Of a stretch of 64,000 bases of DNA, positions 20,669 through 30,599 are shown in pieces (positions within the stretch are counted from its first letter, which is position 1; every line of letters begins with the position of its first letter). Under the pieces are notes generated by a model. It was not told the origin of the DNA and did not search any database. It saw only the letters and a program-made list of their open reading frames with translations. Where the stretch lies: NCBI GenBank assembly GCA_038209745.1, contig JBBQXJ010000015.1, forward strand, positions 1 through 64,000. The letters run 5' to 3'. A program made the translations under genes and the position numbers. This stretch comes from Verrucomicrobiota bacterium. Its GTDB lineage: Bacteria > Verrucomicrobiota > Verrucomicrobiia > Limisphaerales > CANJSG01.

Positions 20669-21130
20669 ATGGGCCAAAAAAAATCGCAGAGCCGCCTCTT
20701 GTCGGTCGTCGCGCTTTCAGCCTGGTGCGTGACCGGACCAACGGCGGGCCGCTCGGCCGAAACGGCAATTGCCAAAGGTGTCCCCAGAACCGAAGAGAAC
20801 TCCCGCATCGCGCACGGAGAACTGCTGACCAAGGCGAAGCCGGGCCGGATCGGCCTCCACTTTGAGGACGACTCGAAAACACGGCGTTGGGGATGCAGCG
20901 ATGCGGCCTATCGGGGCTGGTGAAGAACTGGACGACGAACTTCCCCGGGTGGAACGCGGGCGATTTTGGGTCGAGCGGAGACCGGATGGAGAACGTTCTT
21001 TGGCGCCTGCAAAACGGCGAGCTCGACGGTGTGAATCGTCTGGCGGACGCGGGTGGCAAACCGCTCGATGGAATGACGGTCGATGGTCTCCACCTTTCGG
21101 CGAAAGGCTACCAGGTCTGGGCGGACGCGC
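20669..21130 (+). pseudogene. SGNH/GDSL acetylhydrolase-like pseudogene
   Basis: PRTEENSRIAHGELL..FEDDSKTRRWG (degenerate GDSIT); frameshift to WNAGDFGSSGDRMENVLWRLQNGELDGVN, joined directly to DGLHLSAKGYQVWADA; GxN block missing. Confidence 0.72.
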
Positions 21131-21539
21131 CGAGGCCGACCAAGCTCCGCCCCCTTCGAGCGATCCGAGTGCGGGGCGGAAGTAGGCCGGTCTCCACCGC
21201 CTCCTCGCCCGCGTCCTTCCTCCCCCTCCCCAGCCCCATCGCAGCCGTTCCTTTGCCGATCACATCTGGCTGGGAGCCTGAGCCACGGGAGGTGGAGGTT
21301 CTGAAACGTTTCGATCACCGCTCCGGCTCACACGGTTGAGTGATTCCCTCCAGACTTCGATGGGCGGGGAGGATGCCCGTTCTTCGGAGGCCTTCGACCC
21401 GTCAAGTCGTGTTTGCTACTGCATCTTTCCTGCTGAATCCGCCCTTGAAAACCCAAGACACGACACCCAAAACACATCGCCACGTCACTCTGGGCCGGGC
21501 TCTTCCACTGGTGATCAATGCAGCGCAATTGGAAACACC

Positions 21540-21790
21540 CTTGCGCTCCGGCACCAGTTCACCGGCGGCACGGACGAAGACCCGCTAGGCTATGGCACGT
21601 CCGACGGGTGGCGCTTTTCGGACCCATTCCTACTCCTACAACGGCGAGCTCGACGGTATGAACAAACAGGCCACCGCCGAAGGGACTCTGAATGCCATGA
21701 TCGAAACCGATGCCGTCACCTTCTACCTCGGCTTGAACGGCAACTTGTATCTCGGCCGCAAACGCCAAGGGGTCCATAGGAGATGAACCG
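21540..21790 (+). pseudogene. possible remnant of a GloVer-type beta-propeller tandem-repeat gene
   Basis: fragments HQFTGGTD, SYNGELDG and LGLNGNLY lie in different frames; weak resemblance only. Confidence 0.25.
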
Positions 21791-22215
21791 GGATTGGACT
21801 GTGTGGGCAAATACGAAGTCCGTCCCTCCCGCTCCGGCGGCATCACCAACGCGAGGATCGACACTGCCCTGGCCAACGACCGTCAAACGATCCAGAAGGA
21901 CGCGGACAATTTTTCTTTCTACCCCGTGCTCCAGCTCAGCCTCGGCTGCTCATGCTGAGTCTCCGCCAATCTGGGAGCGAGGGTTGCACCCAGAGGACAC
22001 AGGATTCTGCGGATGCGAAGAAACGGCCAGTTCGCGGGTCTTTTTTCGTTGATGGATGTTGGTCCGGGGAAGGTGAAGCTGGTCGGAAGTTCCACCGGAT
22101 CGGAATTTGCGAGCCTTCATTGCTTCGGATCAGGCGGGTCGAAACAAGGCTTTCGGCATTTGCCCTTGAAATGACCTGATCAATGGGGCGAAATCCGCAG
22201 GCCCTGAATGTTGAT

Positions 22216-22683
22216 ATGACTTTGGCCGACATTCTTAACCGTGAGCAGATCATTTCGGAGATGCGTTCCACCGACAGGTGGCAGGCCATCGACGAGCTGA
22301 TCGACAACCTTGTCTCCACGGGAAAGATCAAACCCGAACATCGCGAGTCCATCGCCGCTGTCGTGAAGAAGCGCGAGACCTCGATGAGCACCGGCATCGG
22401 CTTCGGGATCGGCATCCCCCACGCCTCAACCGACCTGATCCACGACGTGGTCGGCGCTTTCGGCCGCTCCAAACCGGGTGTGAACTTCGACGCGTTGGAC
22501 AACCAGCCCGTGCATCTCGTCATGCTGTTCCTCGTGCCGCAGGGGCAGTTCCAGAAGCACCTGCACACGCTGGCCGGGATCGCTAAGCTGCTTCACAACA
22601 AGGAATTCAGGCAGTCGCTGGAACAGGCTCCCGATGGCGATGCCATGCATCAGATCATCCGAAGCCATGCCGGCGCCAAATAA
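22216..22683 (+). CDS. PTS EIIA (fructose/mannitol/nitrogen type) domain protein
   Basis: KRETSMSTGIGFGIGIPHA with phosphorylatable His; FDALDNQPVHL; HLHTLA. Confidence 0.9.
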   Translation: MTLADILNREQIISEMRSTDRWQAIDELIDNLVSTGKIKPEHRESIAAVVKKRETSMSTGIGFGIGIPHASTDLIHDVVGAFGRSKPGVNFDALDNQPVHLVMLFLVPQGQFQKHLHTLAGIAKLLHNKEFRQSLEQAPDGDAMHQIIRSHAGAK

Positions 22684-22762
22684 GCGCGGCCCGTCTTTCC
22701 GTCTCATTTCCACCGGTTCAGCTTCCGGCTCCATGTTTGTCCACGTCCACTGAGGTATTCCC

Positions 22763-24520
22763 GTGCTCCATTCCCTGCTCAAACTGCGTCTCCAGACCGC
22801 CGTCCTCTCCGTCCTGCCGGAGGCGGACGTGTCCTCCGTGCTGGTCCGTCCATGTCCCGACGTGAAGTTCGGCGATTATCAGACGAACGCGCTAATGGGA
22901 TTGGCCAAGACGCGAAAGATGAATCCGCGCCAGCTCGCCGCCGACGTGATCGCGAAGCTCGAGGTGGCCGATCTGTGCGAGACGGCCGACATCGCCGGCG
23001 CAGGGTTCATCAACTTCAAGGTGCGGTCAGAGGTCATGGCGCGCATCACGTCGGAAGCGCTGCGCGGAGAGCATCTGTTTTTCCGGCCCACGGCGAACCC
23101 TCGCACGATCGTCGTCGATTTCAGTTCGCCCAACATCGCGAAGCCGATGCATGTCGGGCACATACGGTCGACCATTCTGGGAGACTCTTTGGCCCGGGTT
23201 TTTCGGGCATTGGGGCATCGCGTCGTCACGGACAACCATATCGGCGACTGGGGCACGCAGTTCGGCAAGCTGGTCGTCGGCTGGAAGGAATGCCTCGACG
23301 AAGCGGCCTTGGCCTCCGACCCGATCGGCGAAATGGAGCGGCTCTACAAAAAGATCAACGCCGAGTGCGACGTCGACGAGAAACGCCTCGAACAGGCCCG
23401 ACAGGAGCTGGTCAAACTCCAGAACGGCGACGCCGAGAATCTGGCGATCTGGCGGAAGATGATCGAACTGTCGCAACACCAGTTCGACACGATCTATGGA
23501 CGTTTGGGCGTGGTGTTCGACCACGCGCTGGGCGAGAGCTTCTACAATTCCCGACTGAAGGGGGTCGTGGATGAACTCGTCGCCAAGGGCATTGCCCGGG
23601 AGAGCGAGGGGGCGAAAGCCATCTTCTCCGACGGCACCTTGCCGCCGAAGGAAGACCCGTTCCTCATCCATCGTGACGGCGAGTGGTTGCCCAATCCCGC
23701 TCTGATCCAGAAGACCGACGGAGCCGCCAACTATGCGACGACCGACTTGGCAACGCTGGCTTATCGGTGGGAGACGTGGCAACCCAGCGAGATCGCCTAT
23801 GTGACGGATGGCCGGCAACAGCTCCACTTCCGACAGATCTTCGCGGCCTGGAGCCGCTGGCAGCCCGAATTGGCGGCGAAGACGAAGCTCGCGCACGTCT
23901 GGTTCGGCTCGATCCTGGGAGACGACGGAAAGCCGTTTAAGACCCGAAGCGGCGAGACGGTCAAACTGAGTGATCTCCTCGACGAGGCCGAAGAGCGGGC
24001 TCTCACGACGGTAACCGAGAAGAATCCGGATCTTCCAGAGGCACAGCGCCGGGAGATCGCGCGCGTCGTTGGTTTGGGGTCGGTGAAGTATGGCGATCTC
24101 TGCCAAAATCGGCAAAGCGACTACGTCTTCAGCTGGGAAAAGATGCTGGCGCTGACGGGCAACACGGCGCCGTATCTCCAGTACGCCTACACCCGAGTTT
24201 GTGGTATTCGCCGAAAGGCTGGTGAGGTGTCAGTTCCGGAAACGTTAAGCTTAACGGAACCCGAAGAAGTGGCGGTCATGCGACAACTGCTCAACTTCGG
24301 ATTAGTCTTGGAAGCCGTCGGAGCGGACTATCGGCCGAACTACCTCTGCGCCTATCTCTATGACTTAGCGGGACTTCTCTCCAGATTCTACGAGCGATGT
24401 CCTGTCTTGACGGCCGAAGAGCCGCTTCGCTCCAGCCGGTTGGCATTGTGCCGGATAAGCGGGCAGGTTCTGCAGAATGGGTTGAATCTGTTGGGGATTG
24501 AGGTCACGGACGTGATGTGA
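22763..24520 (+). CDS. argS: arginine--tRNA ligase
   Basis: FGDYQTN, DFSSPNIAKPMHVGHIRSTILGD, NHIGDWGTQFG, FKTRSG, GNTAPYLQYAYTR. Confidence 0.97.
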   Translation: MLHSLLKLRLQTAVLSVLPEADVSSVLVRPCPDVKFGDYQTNALMGLAKTRKMNPRQLAADVIAKLEVADLCETADIAGAGFINFKVRSEVMARITSEALRGEHLFFRPTANPRTIVVDFSSPNIAKPMHVGHIRSTILGDSLARVFRALGHRVVTDNHIGDWGTQFGKLVVGWKECLDEAALASDPIGEMERLYKKINAECDVDEKRLEQARQELVKLQNGDAENLAIWRKMIELSQHQFDTIYGRLGVVFDHALGESFYNSRLKGVVDELVAKGIARESEGAKAIFSDGTLPPKEDPFLIHRDGEWLPNPALIQKTDGAANYATTDLATLAYRWETWQPSEIAYVTDGRQQLHFRQIFAAWSRWQPELAAKTKLAHVWFGSILGDDGKPFKTRSGETVKLSDLLDEAEERALTTVTEKNPDLPEAQRREIARVVGLGSVKYGDLCQNRQSDYVFSWEKMLALTGNTAPYLQYAYTRVCGIRRKAGEVSVPETLSLTEPEEVAVMRQLLNFGLVLEAVGADYRPNYLCAYLYDLAGLLSRFYERCPVLTAEEPLRSSRLALCRISGQVLQNGLNLLGIEVTDVM

Positions 24521-24630
24521 GTCTCATAGAGGGACACTTAATTGGCCGTAGTGTCTACATATACGACATTGGGCCTTGCCTCGGGCATTAGGGTCGGGTA
24601 TCAAGAGGACAACGAATCCCAATAAAGCCC

Positions 24631-25218
24631 ATGAAATGGCCGGAAATTCAAAACCCAGATCTTCATTATATCAATGCAGCTACGGGGTGGCTGGAGCTGG
24701 GGGCTCCGGACGAGGCGTTGGCTGAAATTGAAAAACTCGACTTCTTGGTCCGATACCATCCCGACGTGCTGATCGTGCGCTGGAAGGTGAGTGCCCGGAT
24801 GCGGCGCTGGGAGCAGGCTTTGGATTTGGCCCGGTCGATGGTGAAGATCGCCCCGGACCGCCCGGCAGGTTGGATTTGTCTCTCCCATAGTCTCTACAAT
24901 AATCAGCGGACGCTCGAAGCCCTGACAGAACTTCAAGTTGCGGCCCGCCGGTTTCCGTCAACGAGCGCGATCTTCTACTTTTTGGCGCGGCTGTCGTGCC
25001 GATTGGGACACAATGCGGAGGCCAAGATGTGGCTCACACGTTGGAAAGACATGGTGGATGAGACCGCCATTCGAAACACGGTGAACGACGACCCCACGCT
25101 CGCGCCGATCTGGAAGGAGCTTGGAATCTCAGTGGAAGCGGCCCCTCAGGCGGACCGGGCCCCCACCGAACCTCCGAGCTTGGTGCCGGCCAACGCGAAG
25201 ACGATCAAGCGCGGTTGA
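24631..25218 (+). CDS. TPR-like helical repeat protein
   Basis: HYINAATGWLELG..EA, APDRPAGWI..S.SL, FYFLARLSCRLG..EAK.WL. Confidence 0.75.
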   Translation: MKWPEIQNPDLHYINAATGWLELGAPDEALAEIEKLDFLVRYHPDVLIVRWKVSARMRRWEQALDLARSMVKIAPDRPAGWICLSHSLYNNQRTLEALTELQVAARRFPSTSAIFYFLARLSCRLGHNAEAKMWLTRWKDMVDETAIRNTVNDDPTLAPIWKELGISVEAAPQADRAPTEPPSLVPANAKTIKRG

Positions 25219-25235
25219 CGGAAAGTGGCCCGAAA

Positions 25236-25270
25236 GCGGCTGCCCTTGCGAAAGCTCGGGCGGCTTTTTT
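25236..25270 (+). terminator. rho-independent terminator
   Basis: GCTGCCC..GC-GAAA-GC..GGGCGGC stem followed by TTTTTT, between convergent genes. Confidence 0.6.
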
Positions 25271-25272
25271 GC

Positions 25273-25725
25273 TTACCAGAGGTAAGACTTCTGCTCTGCG
25301 ATTTGGCGGTCGGCATCCCACAGGGAGACATGCCACGCGAGGACAGAGCCCAGTTTCTCGAACGCTTCACCCTCGATCTTCAACGATTGCCAGCGGCCTA
25401 TGAAGCCGGTCCGGCTGACGGAGGCCACGCGGGTGCTATTGGTGACCTGACCCTCCTTGTTGCAACGGAGTTCGATCCGCAGCTGGAGGTTGGTCGAAGC
25501 CGAAGCGGTCTTGAAATGAACATCCATTCGAAGGGCTTTCCGCAGTTTGGGATCGTGCTTCAAAAGAGCTTGGTAGGCGTCGCGCTCATACAGGCTCGGT
25601 GAAAGGGCGTTGCGGCCTTTGGCGTCGAGGTAGAAGGGCAGGACCTTGAGAATCTTGCCCTCGGCGGCATGCAGCGGAAGGCCAGCCAGCAGGAGCAGCA
25701 GGGCCAAGGCGGTGCGGACGTTCAT
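25273..25725 (-). CDS. hypothetical secreted protein
   Basis: signal peptide; SPSLYERDAYQ, AWHVSLW, EQKSYLW; 11 nt after the stop of the upstream AsmA-like gene. Confidence 0.75.
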   Translation of the reverse strand: MNVRTALALLLLLAGLPLHAAEGKILKVLPFYLDAKGRNALSPSLYERDAYQALLKHDPKLRKALRMDVHFKTASASTNLQLRIELRCNKEGQVTNSTRVASVSRTGFIGRWQSLKIEGEAFEKLGSVLAWHVSLWDADRQIAEQKSYLW

Positions 25726-25736
25726 CAGGGACGAGC

Positions 25737-28700
25737 CTAGGGACGGGAGGGTAGCTCGTCCACCTTGGGCTTTGTGCCGGGGGAAGCTTGTCTTGCCGGG
25801 TCCGGCGCCATGTTTCCTGGGTTTTTCAATGCATCCAAGGGCGACAACAACTTCATCAGGACCGAGGGAACGTAGATCGGTTCCATCTTCGGTTCAGACA
25901 AGGTGCCGGTGACCCGATACTCGAAAACCCTGGAAAATGGAGTCAGTGCCAGGCTCAAGAGCGGACCGACGAGCCATGTGTCGCGGAGCAGGGTGGCTTC
26001 GACCCTGGCATTCAGAACATGGTCGAAAGTGACGGAGCCCCGGTAGTTGAGCCGGACGGTGGCGGCGCGAATTTCCAGCTTGTCGGTGAAGATGACGCTG
26101 TTGGTGATGTAGTAGTCGCCCCGGGCGCTGCGGGCGGCGTCTCTCCCGGTGCCGGGCGCAATGGTCTCCACAATCGGGGAGAGGAAGGCGAAGACCGGGT
26201 AGTCCCAAATGAAGCCGTTGGTGAGATCGGCGTGGCCATACCCGTTCCAACCGGTGGGTCGATAGGAGGAGCCGTCCGTGATGACGAGACTGCCGGACAG
26301 GCTGCCTTGCACCCGGTTGGTCACGCCGAGGTCGTTGAGGACGGTTTTCAGGTTCAATCCGTCCACATCCGACCGGAACCGAAAGTCCACCGGGCCCTCT
26401 TCTTGGAAGGCGAAGCGTGCCCAGCCACCGACAGTGCCGGAGTAGGCGTTCGCTTCCAGATTGGTGAGTTCGAGGCCGTTTCCGGTCCAGCGGGCGTCGC
26501 CTGTGAAGCGGTCGATGTTGAAGAATTTCCAGCGGAACCTCTGGGCGTTGATCTTGAAGTGGAGGTCGGCCTTGGGCCGGTCTTCTTCGTGGACGGGTGT
26601 GATGCCGTTGATCTCGACCAACGGCGGATCGAGGAACTCGTATGCGGAGAGCATTCCCCATGTTTTCGGGCCGATGATCCGGCCGACAGGTTCGATATCG
26701 GCTTGGGCCGTGCCGTTGGAGATCGAGAGCATCTGGTCGTCCAGATTGAAGAGCATGAGCGGTGCGGCCAGCCACTGCGTGCCGCGCTCGATCCGGATGT
26801 TTTCAAACCGCACCCACGGCCACTCGACGGCCACGCCCGCTGAAACGAGGCCCGTATCCACATCGCGGACGTGCACATTGGTGGTGGCGATGCGTCCGAA
26901 AAAGGTGCTCCGTTTCAGCTCGTCGCGGAAAATCTCGGCGGTGCCCTCGATCAATGGAGGTTTGGGGAAGCGGACCATCTCGAAGACTTTGTCCGCGTGT
27001 TCGCCCATCAAGGGTTTCAGCGCTTCGGGGTCGATGGTGCTGAGGAGGCGGATGGTCTGATGGGCGCCTCGGTCTTGGCTCACGAGATCCAGCTGGAGGC
27101 CGCCTTCCGGCCGGGTCAACCGGGCATCGTGGACGTGCCAGACTCGATTTGAGTGGGTGACGGTTCCTGCGACTTGGTCGAAATGGATTTTCTGGAAGCC
27201 AACCCGATCGACAGCGAACGTCCCCGACAATTGCAGCCCCGGCTGAATGTCCTCGCTCCATGACTCCACGGCATTGGTCCAGACTGGCAAAACAAGACGA
27301 GCACTGCCGGCGATGTTCGGAGGCGCGGTCCATTGGAACTGGTCCAGCCAGTTCCGGCCGGACGGAGCCAGGAGATCCCGGGCGGTGGACAGGTCGAAAT
27401 CCGACTTGAGCGAAACGGTCACGGTGTGTTCCGGGACATCGAGCACGCCGGAGACGGATGCCCGCCCGCTGGGCATGGTTGCGTCGAGTCGCGACAGGGT
27501 CAGGAGCGGACCGCTCCAGTTGAGCTCCGCTCCGAGGGAAAGGAAGTCGACTCCCAGCACGCTCAGCCGCGACGCGTCCACTCCGAGCTCCAATCGATGC
27601 GGCAGGAGGTTGGTCCACATCGCCAAGGCCGTCGTGTTCGTCGGGGCCATCCAAGTGCGGGTCTCCTCCGTGCGGGAGATTCTCACGGCCAAAGCCGCAG
27701 CATGCGCCCACCGGGAGGTGGGACCGGTCGCGGCGAGATTGGCGTCGAAGCGGGTCGGCCAAAGGGCTCCGATCCGGAAGTGCGCCTGGCCGTCGAGCTC
27801 CATGGAATCCGCCGCCACAACTGCGGTTCTTGGTCTGGCCAGGGAGGCCCGGAAGCCGGCCTGCCATTCGCTCGCATCGTCGGTGGTCGGCTTGAACTCG
27901 ACGGTCGTGTCCACGGTTCCTGCCTGGCCCCATGGGGTTTCGGCCCCGTCGGCGGTCAGCTTCAAGGTGGCGGTCTCGCTTTGAGGAGTGCTGCGGATTT
28001 CGAGGCTGAGATTGGTAACCGTGCCCCAAGGAGTTGCCGCTCCCGGGACGGTCAGGGCGAACACGGCGGTCAGGTCCAGGGGTTTCGCGGCGTCGCCGGC
28101 CATCACGATGCGGAGGCTGGGGGCGCCCTTGAGATCCAGTTTCGACAGGGCGAGAGCGATCCGGTCGACCTGATTGGTCAAGGAACGGCGACCCGTCGAT
28201 GGCGTGGACCCTTTGGTCCACAGCCCGGCCATCGCGCCGAGATTTGTCGCCGTCATCTGCATGGAGAAGATCCCCGAGCGCCAGCGGCCTTCGAGATGGT
28301 CCAGGGAGACGACGTTGGTCTCGGGGAAGGAGACCCGGCCCTCCAGTTCGTGGACCATGATGGGATCCAGGCTCCGGTCTTCGGGGGTGAGGGAAAGATC
28401 CGCGTGGTGCAGGGCAAGCGACTTGAGACGCAGGCGCCGATGCAGCAGCTCGTCTTGGTCGAGATCGAGGACGACGCGTTCCGCTTTGAAAGAGCCCGGC
28501 AGTCCGTCGCCTTCGACGACGGCATTGTCCACCGTGATGCCCTGGAGCCAGTGGAGGCGCATCGAGGCGAAAGTAAGGCGGACGCCTTGTGCTTGGGCGG
28601 CGGCGACAATCCGGCTTTTGGCCCATTCTGGCAGGCCCGCTTCTCCCAGATAAATGGCCAGACAGAGGGCGATAAAAAGGGCGGACAATGCCGCGATGCG

Positions 28701-28763
28701 GCACCACCGGAAGCACACCCGGCATCGCCGCAGCCACTTTCGCCTGGTCGCCGGTGCCTTCAT
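25737..28763 (-). CDS. AsmA-like (TamB/YhdP superfamily) protein
   Basis: N-terminal TM anchor; long beta-rich body; C-terminal FEYRVTGTLSEPK typical of the AsmA-like C-terminus. Confidence 0.78.
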   Translation of the reverse strand: MKAPATRRKWLRRCRVCFRWCRIAALSALFIALCLAIYLGEAGLPEWAKSRIVAAAQAQGVRLTFASMRLHWLQGITVDNAVVEGDGLPGSFKAERVVLDLDQDELLHRRLRLKSLALHHADLSLTPEDRSLDPIMVHELEGRVSFPETNVVSLDHLEGRWRSGIFSMQMTATNLGAMAGLWTKGSTPSTGRRSLTNQVDRIALALSKLDLKGAPSLRIVMAGDAAKPLDLTAVFALTVPGAATPWGTVTNLSLEIRSTPQSETATLKLTADGAETPWGQAGTVDTTVEFKPTTDDASEWQAGFRASLARPRTAVVAADSMELDGQAHFRIGALWPTRFDANLAATGPTSRWAHAAALAVRISRTEETRTWMAPTNTTALAMWTNLLPHRLELGVDASRLSVLGVDFLSLGAELNWSGPLLTLSRLDATMPSGRASVSGVLDVPEHTVTVSLKSDFDLSTARDLLAPSGRNWLDQFQWTAPPNIAGSARLVLPVWTNAVESWSEDIQPGLQLSGTFAVDRVGFQKIHFDQVAGTVTHSNRVWHVHDARLTRPEGGLQLDLVSQDRGAHQTIRLLSTIDPEALKPLMGEHADKVFEMVRFPKPPLIEGTAEIFRDELKRSTFFGRIATTNVHVRDVDTGLVSAGVAVEWPWVRFENIRIERGTQWLAAPLMLFNLDDQMLSISNGTAQADIEPVGRIIGPKTWGMLSAYEFLDPPLVEINGITPVHEEDRPKADLHFKINAQRFRWKFFNIDRFTGDARWTGNGLELTNLEANAYSGTVGGWARFAFQEEGPVDFRFRSDVDGLNLKTVLNDLGVTNRVQGSLSGSLVITDGSSYRPTGWNGYGHADLTNGFIWDYPVFAFLSPIVETIAPGTGRDAARSARGDYYITNSVIFTDKLEIRAATVRLNYRGSVTFDHVLNARVEATLLRDTWLVGPLLSLALTPFSRVFEYRVTGTLSEPKMEPIYVPSVLMKLLSPLDALKNPGNMAPDPARQASPGTKPKVDELPSRP

Positions 28764-28797
28764 CTCGGGAGATCGATCGCGGGCTTGATCTTTGGGA

Positions 28798-30597
28798 TCA
28801 CAGGGTTCCCGTTTTGAACGGGCTGAGGAACTCGCGGATAAAGTTGTAGTGCAGCTCCAGCGGAAACTCGAAGACCATCGGTATCCCGTTCACCACCGTC
28901 ATCGCGTAGGGATTGTGATAGGGCGAGGGTCCGCCGAGCGCAAGGGCGGGAAGCAAGCCGGTCTTGAGCTCGATCGTGAGGGTGTAGTCCTCCGCGTCGA
29001 ATCCGAAGTTCTTGCGGGATCGGTCGTCGGCCTGCTGGGTCCAGAATTCGGCCTGCAGGTTCCCGAGACGGGTCACGGCTTCTTCAACCCCGAAAGGATT
29101 TATGATGTCGGCGGCTCCCTTTTCCACCCGCCATTCCCCGGGTCCGTCCCGGGCCAGCTTCCGCGTGGTTCCCTTTTGTTGGACGCTCACGGAGACCACG
29201 TCTTCCGGCTTGAAGGACCAGATCCGGCGATCCTGGAACTGCCAGGCGGACTGGGGCAGGCGCAGGAAGTCGGCCGGGGCGATGATCTTGACCGCGTCCT
29301 CATCCGCGCGGTGAACGTAGAAGACCCCGTTGGTGCCGACGCCGAACCGGGCGTCGACGATGCGGTTCGTTCCGGCCGGAGTGGCGACCGTGATCTCGTA
29401 TTCGAGGAGAGGCTGGTCGAGCCCGTAGGGCTTGAAATCCGTGACGACCGCTTTCTCGAGCTCGGTGTTGTCGGAAGTCAGGATGGCGAAGGCGTCGCCG
29501 AGGAGACCGGTGTCGGCCTTGAGCAAGCCCCGGCCCGCGATCGTCCAGGTACCGGCGGGGTCCACCGAGACCCGCACCTTGGGTCGACCATCGCCGGAGA
29601 CTTCAACGGCCCGGATATCGAGTGGTTTGGCGTCGACGATCCGGCGGTCGAGGAAATCCTTGGGCAAACCCCGCCAAGCGGACATGGCGTCGGCCGGGAC
29701 GAGGAAGACGCTGTCGACGCCCGGCCTCGCGGCGTGGATCAAGGGCGGGACATTGGTGGTGGCGGAGCCGAAGGAGAGGCCGCGGTCCAAACGCGGTCCG
29801 GAACCGACGAGAACTTCCAGCACGGGGGTCTGGAGGCCGAATGGCTGCAGGTCCGTTACTCCGTCGGCGGCGAAGCGGCGGATAAAGTTTGTCCGCCACG
29901 AATCGATCGCCGCGCTGATGCGGCCGTTGTCCGCCCGGGCGTTCCACGGGGAGGTCATGCGCCAGGCGCCGTTGGTGCCGGGGCGTTCCAGCTCCACAAG
30001 GCCGGTGGTCGAGCGCACCTGCACCCGCGTGACGTCGGCGAAGCTGCCTGGAAACAGCCTCCGGCTGCGCCATGTGGCGGCGTCTCCGGGAATGAGCCCG
30101 AGCAAGTTTGGTGAGACCAGATAGACGTCGCCCGCTCCGGCCTGCCGGACATACACCTGATCCCCGGCCGCGCTGTTGGTGCCGATGAGCAGTTGGAGCA
30201 TTCCCCCGCCGAGACGCAGGGAAAGGGTGGCGCGCGGTTCGGCCAGCCCGAACTCGCGCATCGTCTCAGGCCGGCCGTCGAACTCGGAGGCCTTCAGCCG
30301 GTCCTCCCAGCGGAGCGCCGCCAAGTTGGTGAGAAGATTGTTGATCCAGAACGCCTCGGCCGGGCGCCGAATCGGCTTCGTCAGTTCCCACGTGGAATTG
30401 GTCCGTTCGACGCGGAGGACGGTCCTGCCCGGGATCTGCACCTCGACGGCGCCGATGGCCGAGGGCTGCAGCGCGGGGAAGATCCGTGTGTCTGTGATCG
30501 CCAGGCGGGCCTCGCGCAGAGGCCGCTCCACGAACCCGATGAATGCGGCGAGAGCGCCGGCGACGACGAGCAGGACGAGTGTCTTGCGTGGGCTCAC
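28798..30597 (-). CDS. DUF4340 domain protein (GldAFG-associated)
   Basis: N-terminal TM; repeated W.(L/M/I)..P...A/AD..(F/Y)GL..P units; GTG start 30597 assumed. Confidence 0.8.
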   Translation of the reverse strand: MSPRKTLVLLVVAGALAAFIGFVERPLREARLAITDTRIFPALQPSAIGAVEVQIPGRTVLRVERTNSTWELTKPIRRPAEAFWINNLLTNLAALRWEDRLKASEFDGRPETMREFGLAEPRATLSLRLGGGMLQLLIGTNSAAGDQVYVRQAGAGDVYLVSPNLLGLIPGDAATWRSRRLFPGSFADVTRVQVRSTTGLVELERPGTNGAWRMTSPWNARADNGRISAAIDSWRTNFIRRFAADGVTDLQPFGLQTPVLEVLVGSGPRLDRGLSFGSATTNVPPLIHAARPGVDSVFLVPADAMSAWRGLPKDFLDRRIVDAKPLDIRAVEVSGDGRPKVRVSVDPAGTWTIAGRGLLKADTGLLGDAFAILTSDNTELEKAVVTDFKPYGLDQPLLEYEITVATPAGTNRIVDARFGVGTNGVFYVHRADEDAVKIIAPADFLRLPQSAWQFQDRRIWSFKPEDVVSVSVQQKGTTRKLARDGPGEWRVEKGAADIINPFGVEEAVTRLGNLQAEFWTQQADDRSRKNFGFDAEDYTLTIELKTGLLPALALGGPSPYHNPYAMTVVNGIPMVFEFPLELHYNFIREFLSPFKTGTL

Positions 30598-30599
30598 GT

